Both the position numbers and the translations under genes were made by a program. 36,864 bases of DNA, taken from the NCBI GenBank assembly GCA_040754655.1, contig JBFMCE010000037.1, positions 1-36,864 on the forward strand, given 5' to 3'. Position 1 is the first letter of the stretch, and the number at the start of each line of letters is the position of its first letter. Shown in pieces: positions 17,681-25,526 of the stretch. The notes under the pieces were generated by a model, which did no database searches, was not told where the DNA came from, and saw only the letters and a program-made list of their open reading frames with translations. The stretch comes from Bdellovibrionota bacterium. Its GTDB lineage: Bacteria > Bdellovibrionota > UBA1018 > UBA923.

Positions 17681-18523
17681 ATGAAATCGTTCAAACATTT
17701 TGAGGGTACCGATCAATATCTCACCGATCCCGCATTAGAGGCTGCAGTCAATTGCGCGATCGCATTAGAGCGCCCGCTGCTGATCAAGGGAGAGCCTGGT
17801 ACGGGTAAAACCTTGCTTGCGGAAGCGATTTCGCAGGCGATGAGTCTGCCTCTGATCGCGTGGTCGGTGAAAAGCACGACGCGCGCTCAAGATGGCCTTT
17901 ATATCTATGACACTGTCCAGCGCCTTTATGATGCGCGTTTTGGCGAGGGAGACGCGAAGGACGTGAGACGTTACATTCGACTCGGGCCTTTGGGGCAAGC
18001 TTTTGCGGCGCCTGCTAGAGTTGTCTTATTGATCGATGAGGTCGACAAGGCTGACATTGAGTTTCCTAACGACTTGCTTCATGAGCTTGATCGCATGCGG
18101 TTCAAGGTGCTTGAAAGCGGTGATGAAATTGTGGCGAAGCAGCGGCCCATAGTCGTGATCACGAGTAACAATGAGAAAGAGCTTCCGGACGCCTTTTTGC
18201 GGCGGTGCATTTTTCATTTCATTGATTTCCCTGACGAACAATTGATGCGAAGGATTATCAAGGTGCACCACCCTAAATTGGAGGAAGAACTCGTTAGCCA
18301 GGCAATTGATGCGTTTTATGGGATCCGTGGGCTGGAGCGCATCCGAAAACGACCATCGACAAGCGAGTTGATCGATTGGTTGGCGGCACTTGAACAGGCC
18401 GGTATCGGCAAGCTTCGTCTTGAGGAGAGGCTCCCTTTCTTGGGGACATTGCTCAAAAAAGAACAAGACCATGCGACTTTCTCAGACAATCTCCCGTTGA
18501 AAAGACGTACGCCGAGATCATGA
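17681..18523 (+). CDS. MoxR-family AAA+ ATPase
   Basis: Walker A GEPGTGKT, Walker B LLIDEVDKAD, ITSNNEKELPDAFLRRC and PSTSELIDW motifs. Confidence 0.93.
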   Translation: MKSFKHFEGTDQYLTDPALEAAVNCAIALERPLLIKGEPGTGKTLLAEAISQAMSLPLIAWSVKSTTRAQDGLYIYDTVQRLYDARFGEGDAKDVRRYIRLGPLGQAFAAPARVVLLIDEVDKADIEFPNDLLHELDRMRFKVLESGDEIVAKQRPIVVITSNNEKELPDAFLRRCIFHFIDFPDEQLMRRIIKVHHPKLEEELVSQAIDAFYGIRGLERIRKRPSTSELIDWLAALEQAGIGKLRLEERLPFLGTLLKKEQDHATFSDNLPLKRRTPRS

Positions 18524-19707
18524 TCACTCGATTGATCCTTGAGCTCAGAGGCCGGGGCGTACCGGTGGGTTTGCAAGAAATGAAGGCTTTGGCGCAAGCC
18601 CTGTCGATGGGCTTGCATGAGAGCTCTCTGGATCGATTTTATTTTATCTCGAAGGCCATCCTCATTCATGATGAATCTCATCTCGATGATTTTGAGCAGG
18701 CGTTCGGTTTTGTATTCAAAGGAGTTCCGTATCGTTCGAAGGAAATCGCGGGTCAGCTTGAAGACTGGTTGAATGAACCTCGTGAGAGGCCAGAGCTGTC
18801 TGACGAAGAAAAGCAAACCTTAAAAGAGCTCAACCTCGAGGAATTGATGCGGCTTTTTGAAGAGCGGTTGAAAGAACAGACGGAGCGCCATGATGGAGGT
18901 TCATATTGGATTGGCACGGGTGGCAGGTCTCCATTCGGCACTCAAGGATACCACCCAAGTGGTTTGAGCCTGGGCAGCGGCCAACCCAATATTTCGGGCG
19001 GCGGTCGCAGCATGCTTCGAACTTCGGATGCAAGACGTTACCGCTCTTATCGCACCGACATCACGCTTGATGTCAGGCAGATCGAAGTCGCTCTTCGAAA
19101 ATTGAGGGGGTTTGAACGTGAAGGGCTCGAGAATGAGCTTGATCTCGAGAAGACGATCGATGCCACTGCGAAGAATTTTGGCGAACTTGAGCTTGTGTTC
19201 AGGAAACCTCGACGCCCCAACACCAGGGTGATCTTGATGATGGACGTGGGTGGGTCGATGGACCCCCACTCTTTGCTTGTTTCTCAGGTGTTTAGCGCTG
19301 CCAAACGCGCGACACATTGGAAAGAGCTTCGCACCTACTACTTCCATAACTGCATTTATGGGAAAGTCTATCGAACTGATGAATTAAGAGAACCCATTTC
19401 ATTGCGAGACCTCATGAGGGAGTGCGACGCAAGGTACAAGGTGATCTTCTTGGGAGATGCTTCGATGGCTCCCTATGAATTATTAGGATGGGATGATCCG
19501 TCGGATCGTGATGCATCCATCTCGGCTTTGCAATGGCTAGCTCTTCTTCGAAGACATTTTCCGCGATCAATTTGGTTGAATCCTGACGGTTCCTCTTCTT
19601 GGCGAGGAGGTGAGTCCACCGTTAAACTTATCGCCAGCGTGTTTCCCATGTATCCTCTTTCAGTCTCGGGTCTTGAGGAAAGTCTGAGCCATCTCAAGAA
19701 GCGATGA
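18520..19707 (+). CDS. VWA domain protein (CoxE-like), MoxR partner
   Basis: MIDAS-like MDVGGSMD, HDGGSYWIGTGGRSPFG, YYFHNC, GDASMAPYE and WLNP motifs; ATGA coupling to MoxR. Confidence 0.9.
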   Translation: MITRLILELRGRGVPVGLQEMKALAQALSMGLHESSLDRFYFISKAILIHDESHLDDFEQAFGFVFKGVPYRSKEIAGQLEDWLNEPRERPELSDEEKQTLKELNLEELMRLFEERLKEQTERHDGGSYWIGTGGRSPFGTQGYHPSGLSLGSGQPNISGGGRSMLRTSDARRYRSYRTDITLDVRQIEVALRKLRGFEREGLENELDLEKTIDATAKNFGELELVFRKPRRPNTRVILMMDVGGSMDPHSLLVSQVFSAAKRATHWKELRTYYFHNCIYGKVYRTDELREPISLRDLMRECDARYKVIFLGDASMAPYELLGWDDPSDRDASISALQWLALLRRHFPRSIWLNPDGSSSWRGGESTVKLIASVFPMYPLSVSGLEESLSHLKKR

Positions 19708-19759
19708 ACTCGCTTTTGAATCAAAGTTCAACTAAAAAGCTTGGATGTGACGCGTGCAA

Positions 19760-19768
19760 TGTTATACT
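19760..19768 (+). promoter_or_regulatory. Extended -10 promoter (TGnTATACT) for the zinc-finger microprotein
   Basis: TGT-TATACT at 19760-19768, 7 nt before ATG 19776; TTGGAT lies 16 nt upstream of the -10; no SD. Confidence 0.5.
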
Positions 19769-19775
19769 TGTAGTC

Positions 19776-19931
19776 ATGAAACCAAAATCAGTGGCATGCA
19801 AAAAGTGTAAGACGCGCAAAGACTTTAATAAGAAGTACTTTCCTCTGGCTGCAAGCAATAGCCATGGTTTAGGACTTACTTGCAGAATGTGTGTGAATAA
19901 AAAGAGAAGAGCGAAAGCAGCCAAGAAGTAG
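19776..19931 (+). CDS. Small basic C4 zinc-finger protein (51 aa)
   Basis: CKKC-x3-K...YF-x8-G-x4-CRMC followed by a K/R tail. Alternative start at 19704 overlaps the VWA stop. Confidence 0.65.
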   Translation: MKPKSVACKKCKTRKDFNKKYFPLAASNSHGLGLTCRMCVNKKRRAKAAKK

Positions 19932-20009
19932 CTTCTGCTATTTGGTTTACCCTAAGTTGCGCAAGCGAGTGCCTAGCGCGGCGTTCATGTTTGAAATGAC
20001 CGCTCAGGG

Positions 20010-20348
20010 CTATTTGTTTCTGTAGGGATCCGCATAGAGCCATAAAAGGCGCGAGTATCTATAGATCCATGGAGAGAGGATAATAAGCTCGGCGGAGGGT
20101 ACCGCTATCCAATAGAAAAGCGAGTTCCCGCTGTAGATCATCCATAAAAAAGTCGGCAGAATCGTGAAAAAGCCGATGATATAACTAAACGCCATTGCCC
20201 CGGTGAAATATCCCGGTTCCCGTTCAAACTTGAAGCCGCAAGTCGGGCAATTTGAATTCATTGAAAAGAGGCTAGAGAACACCTTTCCGTTGCGGCAGTG
20301 CGGGCATTTGTTTCCGAGCAAATCTGTCACTGATCGCAAGGCGTTCAT
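20010..20348 (-). CDS. DUF983 family protein (two CxxC motifs plus two TM segments)
   Basis: KCPHCRNGKVF...CPTCG..FEREPGYFTGAM; GAGGGAG SD. Confidence 0.82.
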   Translation of the reverse strand: MNALRSVTDLLGNKCPHCRNGKVFSSLFSMNSNCPTCGFKFEREPGYFTGAMAFSYIIGFFTILPTFLWMIYSGNSLFYWIAVPSAELIILSPWIYRYSRLLWLYADPYRNK

Positions 20349-20393
20349 AGGTCTCCCTCAAAGTTGGTTCAGAATTTGAATGCCTTATTAGAC

Positions 20394-20783
20394 ATGGCAT
20401 GTTCAAACATTGTTGTCATCGAAGACGATGATGCGATTCGAGAAACCGTAAAGGAAGTCTTGAATTCCGAAGGTTACTCGGTCGTTGCGTTCAAGAACGG
20501 CAAGGAGGCCATAGAACAATTGGCAAACTGCTCGAAGCCTTGTCTGATATTGCTCGATTTAATGATGCCCGTTATGGACGGCTGGGAGTTCCTCGAGGCC
20601 AGGAAAAATATCAACGATTATATCATGGCTATTCCCGTCGTCATTGTTTCTGCAGTGGTTGATAAGATCAAAAACTCGCAAGGAGTGAAGGCGTACATCA
20701 AGAAGCCCGTCGACCTTGATGTCTTGCTCAGCGTTGTGAGGAATCATTGCGATCATCCTCAGGTCGTTAAGCAAGCAGCTTAG
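20394..20783 (+). CDS. Single-domain response regulator (receiver only)
   Basis: IEDD acidic pocket, LLDLMMP phospho-Asp, VSA, KKP; no output domain. Confidence 0.92.
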   Translation: MACSNIVVIEDDDAIRETVKEVLNSEGYSVVAFKNGKEAIEQLANCSKPCLILLDLMMPVMDGWEFLEARKNINDYIMAIPVVIVSAVVDKIKNSQGVKAYIKKPVDLDVLLSVVRNHCDHPQVVKQAA

Positions 20784-20932
20784 TTGCAAAGCGTCAAGAA
20801 GCTTTGTTGCGAACTGCAAGTAAAGGTTTGCGAGATACAAAATGAAGAGCTTTAACATTTCCTTGATTCGACCCAGAAAAAATATTGGGGTGTGCCGTGA
20901 GATTCGGCACTTATTTTGAAACAATATGTTGC

Positions 20933-21154
20933 ATGAACCTCCGATACTTACGGCAAGTGGGTCTCAATATTCGAAGCATGCGCGAGCGTTGTGGTTTGAG
21001 GCAAATTGATGTGCAAGAAAAGACCGGTTTGAACCACCGCCATTATCAAAATATTGAGGCCGGAAAAGTGAATGTCACGGTTGAGACGCTGTGCAAACTT
21101 GCCAAGTTATTCCGGGTGAAAATTGAAGAGCTGGTAAAGGACGTGTGTTCGTAG
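20933..21154 (+). CDS. XRE/Cro-C1 family HTH transcriptional regulator
   Basis: VGLNIRSMRERCGLRQ...YQNIEAGKVNVTVETLCKLAKLF HTH_3 pattern; 73 aa. Confidence 0.9.
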   Translation: MNLRYLRQVGLNIRSMRERCGLRQIDVQEKTGLNHRHYQNIEAGKVNVTVETLCKLAKLFRVKIEELVKDVCS

Positions 21155-21220
21155 TAGGGGTACGTTGGCACAACAACGTTGATTAGATCAAGAGAACCCG
21201 ATACTTTGCGGCCAATATCA

Positions 21221-21625
21221 ATGCGAACGGAAACCATTTCACAACAATTGGAAAGCAAAGTTCTTTTAGTCGAAGACGACAGGGACATTCGAGAAGCAGT
21301 TCGTGATCTGCTTGAACTCGAGGGCTATACCGTTGTCACAGCCGAGAACGGAAGAGAAGCGTTAAGAATCTTAAGCGATGACTTTGCGCCAAAGGTTATT
21401 CTCCTCGATTTCTTGATGCCTGTGATGAACGGCATCGAATTCTTGAATGAAAAAAGGAAACGGGAAAAGATCTCAAAGATCCCAGTGATTTTGCTTTCAG
21501 CTTCAAACAAAGCCTTCCGAGAAATCAAAGATGCGGACCTTTTGAGTTCTGAGGTTTGCGTTTTGGCAAAACCCTTGGAAATAGAGGGACTGATTGAAGC
21601 CGTTCGCCAAAGAGCCGGGGCTTGA
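21221..21625 (+). CDS. Single-domain response regulator (receiver only)
   Basis: VEDD, LLDFLMP, LSA, AKP; no output domain. Confidence 0.92.
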   Translation: MRTETISQQLESKVLLVEDDRDIREAVRDLLELEGYTVVTAENGREALRILSDDFAPKVILLDFLMPVMNGIEFLNEKRKREKISKIPVILLSASNKAFREIKDADLLSSEVCVLAKPLEIEGLIEAVRQRAGA

Positions 21626-21640
21626 TAAAAATTCTTTGAC

Positions 21641-21859
21641 CTATTTCGATGAAACCAGGTCTTTCACATCGACTTTGAAGAGCTTAGCCAGGCGATACAA
21701 AGTCTCGAGACTAAGATTGCTCTTGCCCGCCTCGATGTTCTGGTAATGTCGATAATTCAGGCCGATCTTTTCTTCAAGATCCACCTGTCGCAGACCCGCC
21801 TTTAAGCGAGCTGATTTGATATTTTTCCCGACCTGTTGCAGGTATTTCTGAAAGGTCAT
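21641..21859 (-). CDS. XRE/Cro-C1 family HTH transcriptional regulator (paralog of 20933..21154)
   Basis: VGKNIKSARLKAGLRQ...YQNIEAGKSNLSLETLYRLAKLF; 72 aa. Confidence 0.92.
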   Translation of the reverse strand: MTFQKYLQQVGKNIKSARLKAGLRQVDLEEKIGLNYRHYQNIEAGKSNLSLETLYRLAKLFKVDVKDLVSSK

Positions 21860-22031
21860 AGTTCTCGCTTTTGAAATATAAAAATTACTTCGCGTTCTCG
21901 GATTGTAGTTTGCTTGTTACAAGTACTAAAGTAATGCCTTTAAATAAAGGATTGAACGTGGCGAGAACGACGTGCTTTCCAATATCTTTACGGTTTTACG
22001 TGGGTTCTCTAGCGTAAAGCAGGATTTTCAG

Positions 22032-22760
22032 GTGAAACGTCTAAGTCAGGTCAAGGATGAAGCCGAATTTTTAAGCCAAAGAAACTCTAGGCTAAATGAG
22101 GTGCTTCGTGTTTTCCGAATTGCCATTGAGTTTATCCGAGGTTTTCGTGCGTTTCATTTTTTACCCCCAGCGGTGACGGTGTTTGGTTCGGCGAGGTTTG
22201 CGGAAGATCATCCGTACTATGCATTGGCCAGGAGAATTGGGGAGCTTCTGGCCAAGGAAGGCTTTGTGGTCGTTACAGGCGGCGGGCCTGGGCTTATGGA
22301 GGCGGCAAATCGTGGTGCTAAAGAGGCCGGGGGGTATAGCGTCGGCGCCAATATCATTTTGCCTCGAGAACAAAAGCCGAATCCTTACCTCGACCGTTTT
22401 GTGAACTTTTATTACTTCTTTGTAAGGAAGGTCATTTTGGTAAAGTATTCGTATGCTTTCGTGATCTTGCCGGGCGGGTTCGGCACTCTCGATGAACTTA
22501 CTGAAGCTTTGACTTTGATTCAGACCGGAAAACTCTATGACTTTCCCGTCGTTCTTATGTGTAAAGACTATTGGTCGGGTTTTCTCGAATGGAGCGAGAA
22601 GGTGCTTGTCAAAGAGAAAACCATCTCGCCAGATGACCTCAAGTTGATCAAGGTTACCGACGATCCTGAAGAAGCGTTGGCAATCATTCGGCATGCCTCA
22701 CAGCGCCTGCGCCTGCCTTTGAAAAAGCCATCAGACATGGGTTTGGGCCTGCGAGAATGA
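22032..22760 (+). CDS. LOG family (TIGR00730) nucleotide monophosphate nucleosidase
   Basis: VTVFGSAR, TGGGPGLMEAANRGA and PGGFGTLDE motifs. GTG 22032 has an AGGA SD; the ORF is open from 21972. Confidence 0.92.
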   Translation: MKRLSQVKDEAEFLSQRNSRLNEVLRVFRIAIEFIRGFRAFHFLPPAVTVFGSARFAEDHPYYALARRIGELLAKEGFVVVTGGGPGLMEAANRGAKEAGGYSVGANIILPREQKPNPYLDRFVNFYYFFVRKVILVKYSYAFVILPGGFGTLDELTEALTLIQTGKLYDFPVVLMCKDYWSGFLEWSEKVLVKEKTISPDDLKLIKVTDDPEEALAIIRHASQRLRLPLKKPSDMGLGLRE

Positions 22761-23933
22761 GGGGTGCGTTCGGTTTTGGGAATTCCCCAGAAGTTCATCG
22801 TAAATCGATTCCAGCCGTTTTGTGAGCTTGCGAACCTCGAACAATTCAAGAGCCCTCTGTTTTGCCCTGTGAGACAGTTGAGTCCGCAGGTTCATGTCAT
22901 CTTTCAGGCTTAGCAAGCGCCTGCCGTATTCTTGCCAGTCTCCCTCGGCACAGACAAAACCCGCATCACCGATGACTTCTTGTTGGGCATTCATGAAAGG
23001 GGTCAGATGAGAAACCACAGGTTTGCCATGCATCATGGCTTCCGCGATATTGCACCCGAAAGTCTCGCCATCACGGCGCGCATGCACTAAAACATCAATT
23101 GTATTGTAGAACTTCGAAAGCCCAATCTGATCCAGCGGTGAAAGAGGGATGAAGTTCCTGATTCCCAGCTTTTTTGCATCAAGCACCATGTTGTCGGGCG
23201 GAGAAAGGGCTAAGAAAAACGTCTTCTCGGTCTCGATTTGTTTGTAAGCTTTAAGAGAAATGGGGTCGTGAATGCCAGGGTCCGCGCGGCCTACCCTTCC
23301 TACGACGAAAGCATCCTTAGGAATCCCAAGTTCGGCTCGCAGGTTTTCCTGGGTAATCGGTTCTTCAATCGGGCTGTAGAAGACTCCTGCCCGTGAATCC
23401 CCCTTCGCCCATTGAGCGCGGTGTTCAGCTAACCAATGGGATGGGAAATAAAACCTCTGCACCAATCGATGCGCTGGCGCCGTATTTTGGATCTCAAAGG
23501 AATTGGTCGTGATCGTCACAGGGATTTTCGACAGAATCTGTTCATCCGAGGTCGGTGGCTCAGCGGTTCCCGAGTACCAGACATGCAAGATGTCTGGTGA
23601 GATTTCTTCAAGCACGGCCCTCAGTTCGCCTGGGGTTTGAACGAAGCGAACTTTTTCTCGGCCCAAGATGGCTTGAAAATTCGGGATTCTTGCATTCATT
23701 TGCGACAGAAGCTTTTTCTTTGCTTTTGCATGGAAAAGCCCGATGAGGGCGCCGAGCTCGATGCGTAGCTTTTTCACCAGAGGTTCCCGGTATATCTTCG
23801 AAACGGCGAAGACCTCATATTTATCGTGATCGAGGTATTTGCAAAAGAGTTCCATGCTGCGTTCAGTGCCGCCAATCCCTAGTTGATTGCAGAAATGAAC
23901 GACTTTGATTTTTCTCCGGCCTTGAGATTTCAT
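22731..23933 (-). CDS. Glycosyltransferase family 4 (GT-B)
   Basis: N-terminal LGIGGTER, VVGRVGR and GETFGCNIAEAMMHGKPVV (E-x7-E) motifs; ATGA coupling to the metG stop. Confidence 0.9.
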   Translation of the reverse strand: MKSQGRRKIKVVHFCNQLGIGGTERSMELFCKYLDHDKYEVFAVSKIYREPLVKKLRIELGALIGLFHAKAKKKLLSQMNARIPNFQAILGREKVRFVQTPGELRAVLEEISPDILHVWYSGTAEPPTSDEQILSKIPVTITTNSFEIQNTAPAHRLVQRFYFPSHWLAEHRAQWAKGDSRAGVFYSPIEEPITQENLRAELGIPKDAFVVGRVGRADPGIHDPISLKAYKQIETEKTFFLALSPPDNMVLDAKKLGIRNFIPLSPLDQIGLSKFYNTIDVLVHARRDGETFGCNIAEAMMHGKPVVSHLTPFMNAQQEVIGDAGFVCAEGDWQEYGRRLLSLKDDMNLRTQLSHRAKQRALELFEVRKLTKRLESIYDELLGNSQNRTHPSFSQAQTHV

Positions 23934-25426
23934 TGCGTTTTTTCCTGCAACTCGATCTTGGGAAAGAGGGGTTGAGGCTCACTCAAATTAAAAGTGAGGC
24001 TGCCAAAGGCAAGGCTCTCCGGTCCGGTCTTCGATGATCCGAGGCTCTCGAGCGTTTTCTCCCCCGTATTGGGCAAAAACGCTGAAATCAACGTGGCGTA
24101 CGAGTGAATGCCATGCAAAGCATTGTAGAGTACCGTTTTGAGCTTAGGGTCTTCCGGCTTAATTTTCCACGGCGCGCTTTCGTTGAGGTAGGCGTTATTC
24201 TGATTGATCGCCTCCCAGAGCGTATCGAGCGCCCGATTATGCTCTCTCTTATTCATAGCGGATTGCATTTTTACGAGAAGGTCGTCGGTTTTGAGTTCAT
24301 GTTGAACTCCGTCCGGCGTGATCGTGTTGCCCAGCTTCTTCGCCGCTAGCTTCACCACTCTCATGACAAGGTTGCCATAGTCGTTGGCAAGCTCATTATT
24401 GTGTTTGGTGAGCAATTCCGTGGTCGAAAATTTGCCGTCCATCCCGCTTGAGATCGAACGCAATAAATAATATCGAAAGGAATCTACCGGATACTTCCCT
24501 AGGATGTCGTAGGGATCCACGCCATTGCCCAGGCTCTTAGACATCTTCCTTCCATCCTCGGCCAAAACCATCCCGTGCACATAGATCTGAGATGGAACCG
24601 CGATTCCAGCGGCATGCAACATGATGGGCCAAATGACGCTATGAAACCAGATGATGTCTTTGCCGATGACATGCACCGAAGCCGGCCAGTACTGCGGTCT
24701 TCTCGATTCCGGAGCGGCGGCGGTGTAATAGTTGATGAGAGCGTCAAACCAAGTGTACATCACATGGTCGGAACGTGACGGCGTCGGTATGCCCCAACCC
24801 TGGTTGGGCCTTGAGATTGAAAGGTCTTTAAGAGGCTCTCCCTCTAGCCTGTTGAGCACTTCTTTTTTTGCTGAGACGGGCACGATAAAATCAGCGCTCT
24901 TGCGCAAGTGATCGACAATCCAATCTTGGTAACGGCTCATCTTGAAGAAAAAACCGTCCTCTTGAACGAATTCTAGTTTCGTGCCGTGATCGGGGCACCT
25001 GAGCTCAGGCGCCTGGGTGTTTGTGTAGAAGGCTTCGCAGGCAATGCAATAATAACCGGAATAACGATCGAAGTAGATGTCACCCTTCTTTTCCAAGGTC
25101 CGCCAAAATTGCTTGGATATTTCATGGTGTCTCGGCTCGGTCGTGCGGATGAAATCATCATAAGAAATGTTGAGATCCTTGCACAGCTTTTCAAAATGGA
25201 CCACTTGCGAGTCGATGAATTTCTTCGTGTCCTGGTTATTTTCGGCGGCCACCTTTACAAGTTTCTGTCCGTTTTCGTCCGTACCGGTCAGGAAAAAGAC
25301 GTCTTCGCCCAGGAACCGGTACCAGCGGGCATAAGCATCGGTGATGACTTTCTCATAAGCATGCCCCATGTGGGGAGACCCGTTTGGGTAGTCGATTGCC
25401 GTGGTGATATAGAATCTTTTTGCCAT
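23930..25426 (-). CDS. metG: Methionine--tRNA ligase (short form, no C-terminal tRNA-binding domain)
   Basis: FYITTAIDYPNGSPHMGH, TGTDENG, single knuckle CIAC...CPDH, YTWFDAL, IGKDI, KMSKSLGN. Confidence 0.97.
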   Translation of the reverse strand: MAKRFYITTAIDYPNGSPHMGHAYEKVITDAYARWYRFLGEDVFFLTGTDENGQKLVKVAAENNQDTKKFIDSQVVHFEKLCKDLNISYDDFIRTTEPRHHEISKQFWRTLEKKGDIYFDRYSGYYCIACEAFYTNTQAPELRCPDHGTKLEFVQEDGFFFKMSRYQDWIVDHLRKSADFIVPVSAKKEVLNRLEGEPLKDLSISRPNQGWGIPTPSRSDHVMYTWFDALINYYTAAAPESRRPQYWPASVHVIGKDIIWFHSVIWPIMLHAAGIAVPSQIYVHGMVLAEDGRKMSKSLGNGVDPYDILGKYPVDSFRYYLLRSISSGMDGKFSTTELLTKHNNELANDYGNLVMRVVKLAAKKLGNTITPDGVQHELKTDDLLVKMQSAMNKREHNRALDTLWEAINQNNAYLNESAPWKIKPEDPKLKTVLYNALHGIHSYATLISAFLPNTGEKTLESLGSSKTGPESLAFGSLTFNLSEPQPLFPKIELQEKTQ

Positions 25427-25526
25427 AGCTGATTTATCCCTGGAATTCTTTGTAATGCAAACCCTATTTTAAACGTCGCGCTATACTCGCATTGACGCAA
25501 AAGTCGCCTTATCTTAGGGTGAGGCC

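Noticed and set aside
17681..19707. MoxR-VWA pair as a novel or defence system
   Set aside because: This is a widespread known chaperone pair with no accompanying effector genes.
20941..21206. CCGATACTT repeated at 20941 and 21198
   Set aside because: Only 9 bp, with one copy inside coding sequence; compatible with chance.
20933..21859. XRE genes as restriction-modification controller proteins, antitoxins or phage repressors
   Set aside because: No methyltransferase, nuclease, toxin or phage gene is adjacent; the neighbours are receiver domains.
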